From: Eledone cirrhosa
Lineage: Eukaryota
Assembly (NCBI GenBank): GCA_964016885.1
Contig: OZ024744.1
Coordinates: 29,698,001-29,762,000 of the forward strand
Direction: 5' to 3'
Length of the DNA stretch: 64,000 nucleotides
The notes below the pieces were generated by a model, which had not been told where the DNA came from, ran no database searches, and saw nothing but the letters and a program-made list of their open reading frames with translations. This document shows positions 52,501 to 64,000 of the stretch, one piece after another. The position numbers and the translations under genes were made by a program. Positions within the stretch are counted from its first letter, which is position 1. Every line of letters begins with the position of its first letter.

Positions 52501-55500
52501 TACCTGTTATACAGAGAAGACTACAAACCTAGGTACTGTTACCTGTTACACAGAGTAGACCACGAACCTAGGTACTGTTACCTGTTACACAGACAAGACC
52601 ACAAACCTAGGTACTGTTACCTGTTACACAGAGAAGACCACAAACCTAGGTACTGTTACCTGTTAGATAGAGAAGACCACAAACCTAGGTACTCTTACCT
52701 GATAGATAGAGAAGACCACAAACCTAGGTACAGTTACCTTTTATACAGAGAAGACCACAAACATAGGTACTGCTACCTGTTACACAGAGAAGACCACAAA
52801 CCTAGGTACTGTTACCTGTTACACAGAGAAGACCACAAACCTAGGTACTGTTACCTGTTAGATAGAGAAGACCACAAACCTAGGTACTGTTACCTGTTAG
52901 ACAAAGGAGACCACAAACTTAGGTACTGTTACCTGTTACACAGAGAAGACCACAAATCTAGGTACTGCTACCTGATAGAGAGAGAAGACCACAAACCGAG
53001 GTTCCGTTACCTGTTACACAGAGAAGACCACAAATCTAGGTACTGCTACCTGTTAGAGAGAGAAGACCACAAACCTAGATACTGTTACCTGTTACACAGA
53101 GAAGACCACAAATCTAGGTACTGTTACCTGTTAGATAGAGAAGACCACAAACCTAGGTACAGTTACCTGTTAGATAGAGAAGACCACAAACCTAGGTTCT
53201 GCTACCTGTTACACAGAGAAGACCACAAATCTAGGTACTGTTACCTGTTAGATAGAGAAGACCACAAACCTAGGTACAGTTACCTGTTAGATAGAGAAGA
53301 CCACAAACCTAGGTTGTGCTACCTGTTACACAGAGAAGACCACAAACCTAGGTACCGTTACCTGTTAGATAGAGAAGACCACAAACCTAGGTTCTGCTAC
53401 CTGTTACACAGAGAAGACCACAAACCTAGGTACTGTTACCTGTTACACAGAGAAGACCACAAACCTAGGTACCGTTACCTGTTAGATAGAGAAGACCACA
53501 AACCGAGGTACTGTTACCTGTTACACAGAGAAGATCACAAACCTAGGTACTGTTACCTGTTACATAGAGAAGACCACAAACCTAGGTACTGTTTCCTGTT
53601 ACATAGAGAAGACCACAAACCTAGGTACTGCTACCTGTTACACAGAGAAGACCACAAACCTAGGTACTGCTACCTGTTACACAGAGAAGACCACAAACAG
53701 AGGTACTGTTACCTGTTACACAGAGAAGACCACAAGCCTAGTTACTGTTACCTGTTAGATAGAGAAGACCACAAACCTAGGTACTGTTACCTGTTAGATA
53801 GAGAAGACCACATACCTAGGTACTGTTACCTGTTACACAGAGAAGACCACAAACCTAGATACTGTTACCTGTTACACAGAGAAGATCACAAACCTAGATA
53901 CTGTTACCTGTTAGATGAGATCACAAACCAAGGTAGAGTTACCTGTTACACAGAGAAGACCACAAACCTAGGTACTGTTACCTGTTATACAGAGAAGACC
54001 ACAAACCTTTGTACTGTTACCTGTTAGATAGAGAAGACCACACACCTAGGTACTGTTACATGTTACACAGAGAAGACTACAAACCTAGGTACTGTTACCT
54101 GTTAGACAAAGGACACCACAAACTTAGGTACTGTTACCTGTTACACAGAGAAGACCACAAATCTAGGTACTGTTACCTGTTACACAGAGAAGACTACAAA
54201 CCTAGGTACTGTTACCTGTTACACAGAGTAGACCACAAACATAGGTACTGTTACCTGTTAGATAGAGAAGACCACAAACCTAGGTACAGTTACCTGTTAG
54301 ATAGAGAAGACCACAAACCTAGGTACTGTTACCTGTTATAAAGAGAAGACTACAAACCCAGGTACTGTTACCTGTTACACAGAGTAGACCACGAAGCTAG
54401 GTACTGTTACCTGTTACACAGACAAGACCACAAACCTAGGTACTGTTACCTGTTACACATAGAAGATCACAAACCTAGATACTGTTACCTGTTAGATGAG
54501 ATCACAAACCAAGGTAGAGTTACCTGTTACACAGAGAAGACCACAAACCTAGGTACTGTTACCTGTTACACAGAGAAGACCACAAACCTAGGTACTGTTA
54601 CCTGTTATACAGAGAAGACCACAAACCTTTGTACTGTTACCTGTTATACAGAGAAGACCACAAACCTAGGTACTGCTACCTGTTAGATAGAGAAGACTAC
54701 ATACCTAGGTACTGTTACATGTTCCACAGAGAAGACCACAAACCTAGGTACTGTTACCTGTTACACAGAGAAGACCACAAACCTAGGTACTGTTACCTGT
54801 TAGATGAAGAAGACAACAAACCTAGGTACTGTTACCTGTTACACAGAGAAGACTACAAACCTAGGTACTATTACCTGTTACACAGAGTAGACCACAAACC
54901 GAGGTACTGTTACCTGTTAGATAGAGAAGACCACAAACCTAGGTACAGTTACCTGTTAGATAGAGAAGACCACAAACCTAGGTACTGTTACCTGTTATAC
55001 AGAGAAGACTACAAACCTAGGTACTGTTACCTGTTACACAGAGTAGACCATGAATCTAGGTACTGTTACCTGTTAGACAGACAAGACAACAAACCTAGGT
55101 ACTGTTACCTGTTACACAGAGTAGACCACAAACCTAGGTACTGTTACCTGTTACACAGACAAGACCACAAACCTAGGTACTGTTACCTGTTACACAGAGA
55201 ATACCACAAACCTATGTACTGTTACCTGTTACACAGAGAAGACCACAAACCTAGGTACTGTTACCTGTTACACAGAGAAGAGTACAAACCTAGGTACTGT
55301 TACCTGTTACACAGAGAAGACCACAAACCTAGTTACTGTTACCTGTTACACAGAGAAGACCAGAAACTTAGGTGCTGCTACCTGTTACACAGAGTAGACC
55401 ACAAACCTATGAACTGTTACCTGTTATACAGAGAAGACCACACTCCTAGCTACTGTTACCTGTTCTACACAGAAGAACACAAATCTAAGAAGTGTTACCT

Positions 55501-58500
55501 GTTAGATAGAGAAGAGCGCAAACCTAGGTACTGTTACCTGTTACACAGACAAGACCACAAACATAGGTACTGCTACCTGTTACACAGAAAATACCACAAA
55601 CCTAGGTACTGTTACCTGTTACACAGAGAATACCACAAGCCAAGGTACTGTTACCTGTTACACAGAGAATACCACAAACCTAGGTACTGCTACCTGTTAC
55701 ACAGAAAAGATCACAAACCTAGGTACTGCTAACTGTTACACAGAGAAGACCACAAACCTAGGTACTGTTACCTGTTACACAGAGAAGACAACAAACCTAG
55801 GTACTGTTACCTGTTACACAGAGAAGACCACAAACCTAGGTACTGTTACCTGTTAGATAGAGAAGATCACATACCTAGGTACTGCTAGCTGTTACACAGA
55901 GAAGACCACAAACCTAGGTACTGTTACCTGTTAGATAGAGAAGACCACATACCTAGGTACTGCTACCTGTTAGATAGAGAAGATCACAAACCTAGGTACT
56001 GTTACCTGTTACACAGAGAAGACCACAAACCTAGGTACTGTTACCTGTTACACAGAGAAGACCACAAACCTAGGTACTGTTACATGTTCCACAGAGAAGA
56101 CCACAAACCTAGGTACTGTTACATGTTAGATAGAGGAGGCTACAAACCTAGGTACTGTTACCTGTTACACAGAGAAAACCACATATCTAGGTACAGTTAC
56201 CTGTTATATAGAGAAGACCACAAACCTAGGTACTGTTACCTGTTAGATAGAGGAGGCTACAAACCTAGGTACTGTTACCTGTTACACAGAGACGAACACA
56301 AACCGAGGTAATGCTACCTGTTAGATTGAGAAGACAACAAACCTAGGTACTGTTACCTGTTACACAGAGAAGACCACAAACCTAGGTACTGTTACCTGTT
56401 ATACAGAGAAGGCCACAAACCGAGGTACTGTTTCCTGTTACACAGAGTAGACCACAAACCTAGGTACTGTTACCTGTTAGATAGAGAAGACCACAAACCT
56501 AGGTACTGTTACCTGTTATACAGAGAAGACCACAAACCTAGGTACTGCTACCTGTTAGATAGAGAAGACTACATACCTAGGTACTGTTACATGTTCCACA
56601 GAGAAGACCACAAACCTAGGTACTGTTACCTGTTACACAGAGAAGAACACAAACCTAGGAACTGTTACCTGTTAGATGAAGAAGACCACAAACCTAGGTA
56701 CTGTTACCTGTTACACAGAGAAGACTACAAACCTAGGTACTATTACCTGTTACACAGAGTAGACCACAAACCTAGGTACTGTTACCTGTTAGATAGAGAA
56801 GACCACAAACCTAGGTACAGTTACCTGTTAGATAGAGAAGACCACAAACCTAGGTACTGTTACCTGTTATACAGAGAAGACTACAAACCTAGGTACTGTT
56901 ACCTGTTACACAGAGTAGACCACGAACCTAGGTACTGTTACCTGTTACACAGACAAGACCACAAACCTAGGTACTGTTACCTGTTACACAGAGAAGACCA
57001 CAAACCTAGGTACTGTTACCTGTTAGATAGAGAAGACCACAAACCTAGGTACTCTTACCTGATAGATAGAGAAGACCACAAACCTAGGTACAGTTACCTT
57101 TTATACAGAGAAGACCACAAACATAGGTACTGCTACCTGTTACACACAGAAGACCACAAACCTAGGTACTGTTACCTGTTACACAGAGAAGACCACAAAC
57201 CTAGGTACTGTTACCTGTTAGATAGAGAAGACCACAAACCTAGGTACTGTTACCTGTTAGACAAAGGAGACCACAAACTTAGGTACTGTTACCTGTTACA
57301 CAGAGAAGACCACAAATCTAGGTACTGCTACCTGATAGAGAGAGAAGACCACAAACCGAGGTTCCGTTACCTGTTACACAGAGAAGACCACAAATCTAGG
57401 TACTGCTACCTGTTAGAGAGAGAAGACCACAAACCTAGATACTGTTACCTGTTACACAGAGAAGACCACAAATCTAGGTACTGTTACCTGTTAGATAGAG
57501 AAGACCACAAACCTAGGTACAGTTACCTGTTAGATAGAGAAGACCACAAACCTAGGTTCTGCTACCTGTTACACAGAGAAGACCACAAATCTAGGTACTG
57601 TTACCTGTTAGATAGAGAAGACCACAAACCTAGGTACAGTTACCTGTTAGATAGAGAAGACCACAAACCTAGGTTGTGCTACCTGTTACACAGAGAAGAC
57701 CACAAACCTAGGTACCGTTACCTGTTAGATAGAGAAGACCACAAACCTAGGTTCTGCTACCTGTTACACAGAGAAGACCACAAACCTAGGTACTGTTACC
57801 TGTTACACAGAGAAGACCACAAACCTAGGTACCGTTACCTGTTAGATAGAGAAGACCACAAACCGAGGTACTGTTACCTGTTACACAGAGAAGATCACAA
57901 ACCTAGGTACTGTTACCTGTTACATAGAGAAGACAACAAACCTAGGTACTGTTACCTGTTACACAGAGTAGACCACAAACCTAGGTACTGTTACCTGTTA
58001 CACAGACAAGACCACAAACCTAGGTACTGTTACCTGTTACACAGAGAATACCACAAACCTATGTACTGTTACCTGTTACACAGAGAAGACCACAAACCTA
58101 GGTACTGTTACCTGTTACACAGAGAAGAGTACAAACCTAGGTACTGTTACCTGTTACACAGAGAAGACCACAAACCTAGGTACTGTTACCTGTTACACAG
58201 AGAAGACCAGAAACTTAGGTGCTGCTACCTGTTACACAGAGTAGACCACAAACCTATGAACTGTTACCTGTTATACAGAGAAGACCACACTCCTAGCTAC
58301 TGTTACCTGTTCTACACAGAAGAACACAAATCTAAGAAGTGTTACCTGTTAGATAGAGAAGAGCGCAAACCTAGGTACTGTTACCTGTTACACAGACAAG
58401 ACCACAAACATAGGTACTGCTACCTGTTACACAGAAAATACCACAAACCTAGGTACTGTTACCTGTTACACAGAGAATACCACAAGCCAAGGTACTGTTA

Positions 58501-61500
58501 CCTGTTACACAGAGAATACCACAAACCTAGGTACTGCTACCTGTTACACAGAAAAGATCACAAACCTAGGTACTGCTAACTGTTACACAGAGAAGACCAC
58601 AAACCTAGGTACTGTTACCTGTTACACAGAGAAGACAACAAACCTAGGTACTGTTACCTGTTACACAGAGAAGACCACAAACCTAGGTACTGTTACCTGT
58701 TAGATAGAGAAGATCACATACCTAGGTACTGCTAGCTGTTACACAGAGAAGACCACAAACCTAGGTACTGTTACCTGTTAGATAGAGAAGACCACATACC
58801 TAGGTACTGCTACCTGTTAGATAGAGAAGATCACAAACCTAGGTACTGTTACCTGTTACACAGAGAAGACCACAAACCTAGGTACTGTTACCTGTTACAC
58901 AGAGAAGACCACAAACCTAGGTACTGTTACATGTTCCACAGAGAAGACCACAAACCTAGGTACTGTTACATGTTAGATAGAGGAGGCTACAAACCTAGGT
59001 ACTGTTACCTGTTACACAGAGAAAACCACATATCTAGGTACAGTTACCTGTTATATAGAGAAGACCACAAACCTAGGTACTGTTACCTGTTAGATAGAGG
59101 AGGCTACAAACCTAGGTACTGTTACCTGTTACACAGAGACGAACACAAACCGAGGTAATGCTACCTGTTAGATTGAGAAGACAACAAACCTAGGTACTGT
59201 TACCTGTTACACAGAGAAGACCACAAACCTAGGTACTGTTACCTGTTATACAGAGAAGGCCACAAACCGAGGTACTGTTTCCTGTTACACAGAGTAGACC
59301 ACAAACCTAGGTACTGTTACCTGTTAGATAGAGAAGACCACAAACCTAGGTACTGTTACCTGTTATACAGAGAAGACCACAAACCTAGGTACTGCTACCT
59401 GTTAGATAGAGAAGACTACATACCTAGGTACTGTTACATGTTCCACAGAGAAGACCACAAACCTAGGTACTGTTACCTGTTACACAGAGAAGAACACAAA
59501 CCTAGGAACTGTTACCTGTTAGATGAAGAAGACCACAAACCTAGGTACTGTTACCTGTTACACAGAGAAGACTACAAACCTAGGTACTATTACCTGTTAC
59601 ACAGAGTAGACCACAAACCTAGGTACTGTTACCTGTTAGATAGAGAAGACCACAAACCTAGGTACAGTTACCTGTTAGATAGAGAAGACCACAAACCTAG
59701 GTACTGTTACCTGTTATACAGAGAAGACTACAAACCTAGGTACTGTTACCTGTTACACAGAGTAGACCACGAACCTAGGTACTGTTACCTGTTACACAGA
59801 CAAGACCACAAACCTAGGTACTGTTACCTGTTACACAGAGAAGACCACAAACCTAGGTACTGTTACCTGTTAGATAGAGAAGACCACAAACCTAGGTACT
59901 CTTACCTGATAGATAGAGAAGACCACAAACCTAGGTACAGTTACCTTTTATACAGAGAAGACCACAAACATAGGTACTGCTACCTGTTACACACAGAAGA
60001 CCACAAACCTAGGTACTGTTACCTGTTACACAGAGAAGACCACAAACCTAGGTACTGTTACCTGTTAGATAGAGAAGACCACAAACCTAGGTACTGTTAC
60101 CTGTTAGACAAAGGAGACCACAAACTTAGGTACTGTTACCTGTTACACAGAGAAGACCACAAATCTAGGTACTGCTACCTGATAGAGAGAGAAGACCACA
60201 AACCGAGGTTCCGTTACCTGTTACACAGAGAAGACCACAAATCTAGGTACTGCTACCTGTTAGAGAGAGAAGACCACAAACCTAGATACTGTTACCTGTT
60301 ACACAGAGAAGACCACAAATCTAGGTACTGTTACCTGTTAGATAGAGAAGACCACAAACCTAGGTACAGTTACCTGTTAGATAGAGAAGACCACAAACCT
60401 AGGTTCTGCTACCTGTTACACAGAGAAGACCACAAATCTAGGTACTGTTACCTGTTAGATAGAGAAGACCACAAACCTAGGTACAGTTACCTGTTAGATA
60501 GAGAAGACCACAAACCTAGGTTGTGCTACCTGTTACACAGAGAAGACCACAAACCTAGGTACCGTTACCTGTTAGATAGAGAAGACCACAAACCTAGGTT
60601 CTGCTACCTGTTACACAGAGAAGACCACAAACCTAGGTACTGTTACCTGTTACACAGAGAAGACCACAAACCTAGGTACCGTTACCTGTTAGATAGAGAA
60701 GACCACAAACCGAGGTACTGTTACCTGTTACACAGAGAAGATCACAAACCTCGGTACTGTTACCTGTTACATAGAGAAGACCACAAACCTAGGTACTGTT
60801 TCCTGTTACATAGAGAAGACCACAAACCTAGGTACTGCTACCTGTTACACAGAGAAGACCACAAACCTAGGTACTGCTACCTGTTACACAGAGAAGACCA
60901 CAAACAGAGGTACTGTTACCTGTTACACAGAGAAGACCACAAGCCTAGTTACTGTTACCTGTTAGATAGAGAAGACCACAAACCTAGGTACTGTTACCTG
61001 TTAGATAGAGAAGACCACATACCTAGGTACTGTTACCTGTTACACAGAGAAGACCACAAACCTAGATACTGTTACCTGTTACACAGAGAAGATCACAAAC
61101 CTAGATACTGTTACCTGTTAGATGAGATCACAAACCAAGGTAGAGTTACCTGTTACACAGAGAAGACCACAAACCTAGGTACTGTTACCTGTTATACAGA
61201 GAAGACCACAAACCTTTGTACTGTTACCTGTTAGATAGAGAAGACCACACACCTAGGTACTGTTACATGTTACACAGAGAAGACTACAAACCTAGGTACT
61301 GTTACCTGTTAGACAAAGGACACCACAAACTTAGGTACTGTTACCTGTTACACAGAGAAGACCACAAATCTAGGTACTGTTACCTGTTAAACAGAGAAGA
61401 CTACAAACCTAGGTACTGTTACCTGTTACACAGAGTAGACCACAAACATAGGTACTGTTACCTGTTAGATAGAGAAGACCACAAACCTAGGTACAGTTAC

Positions 61501-64000
61501 CTGTTAGATAGAGAAGACCACAAACCTAGGTACTGTTACCTGTTATAAAGAGAAGACTACAAACCCAGGTACTGTTACCTGTTACACAGAGTAGACCACG
61601 AAGCTAGGTACTGTTACCTGTTACACAGACAAGACCACAAACCTAGGTACTGTTACCTGTTACACAGAGAAGATCACAAACCTAGATACTGTTACCTGTT
61701 AGATGAGATCACAAACCAAGGTAGAGTTACCTGTTACACAGAGAAGACCACAAACCTAGGTACTGTTACCTGTTACACAGAGAAGACCACAAACCTAGGT
61801 ACTGTTACCTGTTATACAGAGAAGACCACAAACCTTTGTACTGTTACCTGTTATACAGAGAAGACCACAAACCTAGGTACTGCTACCTGTTAGATAGAGA
61901 AGACTACATACCTAGGTACTGTTACATGTTCCACAGAGAAGACCACAAACCTAGGTACTGTTACCTGTTACACAGAGAAGACCACAAACCTAGGTACTGT
62001 TACCTGTTAGATGAAGAAGACAACAAACCTAGGTACTGTTACCTGTTACACAGAGAAGACTACAAACCTAGGTACTATTACCTGTTACACAGAGTAGACC
62101 ACAAACCGAGGTACTGTTACCTGTTAGATAGAGAAGACCACAAACCTAGGTACAGTTACCTGTTAGATAGAGAAGACCACAAACCTAGGTACTGTTACCT
62201 GTTATACAGAGAAGACTACAAACCTAGGTACTGTTACCTGTTACACAGAGTAGACCATGAATCTAGGTACTGTTACCTGTTAGACAGACAAGACAACAAA
62301 CCTAGGTACTGTTACCTGTTACACAGAGTAGACCACAAACCTAGGTACTGTTACCTGTTACACAGACAAGACCACAAACCTAGGTACTGTTACCTGTTAC
62401 ACAGAGAATACCACAAACCTATGTACTGTTACCTGTTACACAGAGAAGACCACAAACCTAGGTACTGTTACCTGTTACACAGAGAAGAGTACAAACCTAG
62501 GTACTGTTACCTGTTACAAAGAGAAGACCACAAACCTAGGTACTGTTACCTGTTACACAGAGAAGACCAGAAACTTAGGTGCTGCTACCTGTTACACAGA
62601 GTAGACCACAAACCTATGAACTGTTACCTGTTATACAGAGAAGACCACACTCCTAGCTACTGTTACCTGTTATACACAGAAGAACACAAATCTAAGAAGT
62701 GTTACCTGTTAGATAGAGAAGAGCGCAAACCTAGGTACTGTTACCTGTTACACAGACAAGACCACAAACATAGGTACTGCTACCTGTTACACAGAAAATA
62801 CCACAAACCTAGGTACTGTTACCTGTTACACAGAGAATACCACAAGCCAAGGTACTGTTACCTGTTACACAGAGAATACCACAAACCTAGGTACTGCTAC
62901 CTGTTACACAGAAAAGATCTCAAACCTAGGTACTGCTAACTGTTACACAGAGAAGACCACAAACCTAGGTACTGTTACCTGTTGGATAGAGAAGACCACA
63001 AACCTAGGTACTGTTACCTTTTATACTGAGAAGACCACAAACCAAGGTACTGCTACCTGTTACACAGAGAAGACCACAAACCTACGTACTGTTACCTGTT
63101 GGATAGAGAAGACCACAAACCTAGGTACTGTTACCTGTTACACAGAAAAGACCACAAACCTAGGTACTGTTACCTGTTACACAGAAAAGACCACAAACCT
63201 AGGTACTGTTACCTGTTACACAGAAAAGACCACAAACCTAGGTACTGTTACCTGTTACACAGAAAAGACCACAAACCTAGGTACTGTTACCTGTTACACA
63301 GAAAAGACCACAAACCTAGGTACTGTTACCTGTTACACAGAAAAGACCACAAACCTAGGTACTGTTACCTGTTACACAGAAAAGACCACAAACCTAGGTA
63401 CTGTTACCTGTTACACAGAGAAGACCACAAACATAGGTACTGCTACCTGTTACACAGAGAAGACTACAAACATAGGTACTGTTACCTGTTACACAGAGAA
63501 GTCTACAAACCTAGGTACTGTTACCTGTTACACAGCGAAGGCCACAAACCTAGGTAGTGTTACCTGTTACACAGAGAAGAGCACAAACCTAGGTACTGTT
63601 ACCTGTTACAGAGTCTAGACCACAAACCTAGGTACTGCTACCTGTTAGAGAGAGAACACCACAAACCTAGCTACTGCTACCTGTTAGATAGAGAAGACCA
63701 CAAACCTAGGTACTGTTACCTGTTACACAGAGAAGACCACTAACCTAGGTACTGTTACCTGTTACACAGACAAGACCACATACCTAAGTACTGCTACCTG
63801 TAAGATAGAAAAGACTACAAACCTAGTTACTGTTACCTTATAGATAGAGAAGACCACAAACCTAGGTACCGTTACCTGTTAGATAGAGAAGTCCACAAAC
63901 CTAGGTACTGTTACCTGTTACACAGAGAAGACCACAATCCTAGGTACTGTTACCTGTTAGATGAAGGAGACCACAAACCTAAGTACTGTTAACTGTTACA
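37590..64000. repeat. 39-bp satellite array (>26 kb, roughly 680 units, continues past the window end)
   Basis: Consensus CCTAGGTACTGTTACCTGTTACACAGAGAAGACCACAAA; common CAC/GAT dimorphism; rare 35-bp variant unit; higher-order periodicities. Confidence 0.98.

Noticed and set aside
37590-64000. CRISPR array or C2H2 zinc-finger gene cluster
   Set aside because: Units are contiguous with no unique spacers and there are no cas genes. The 13-aa repeat has one Cys and lacks CxxC...HxxxH spacing and TGEKP linkers.

Overview
Repeat-saturated, apparently gene-free eukaryotic DNA. The SINE and LINE families suggest an octopus or other cephalopod (inference). The first ~37.5 kb is a mosaic of (TA)n microsatellites carrying many nested Penelope-like retroelements (PLEs, GIY-YIG type) with inverted pseudo-LTRs. 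In these I can read 8 apparently intact minimal type I hammerhead ribozyme motifs from 5 sequence families, three with a U3-A8 covariant core, plus 3 degenerate ones. Also present: a near full-length dead Neptune-like PLE, a dead L1/Tx1-clade LINE, two CRE-like (RLE) LINE remnants, a DD37D (maT) transposon fragment, a deleted Helitron, hAT-type MITEs and about ten tRNA-derived SINEs. From ~37.6 kb to the window end lies a >26 kb array of a 39-bp satellite with higher-order periods of 2488, 2847 and 7281 bp. It starts exactly at the 5' truncation point of a PLE endonuclease fragment and resembles that coding sequence. No host protein-coding exon can be supported. All structures were read by eye; boundaries are approximate unless a motif is quoted.
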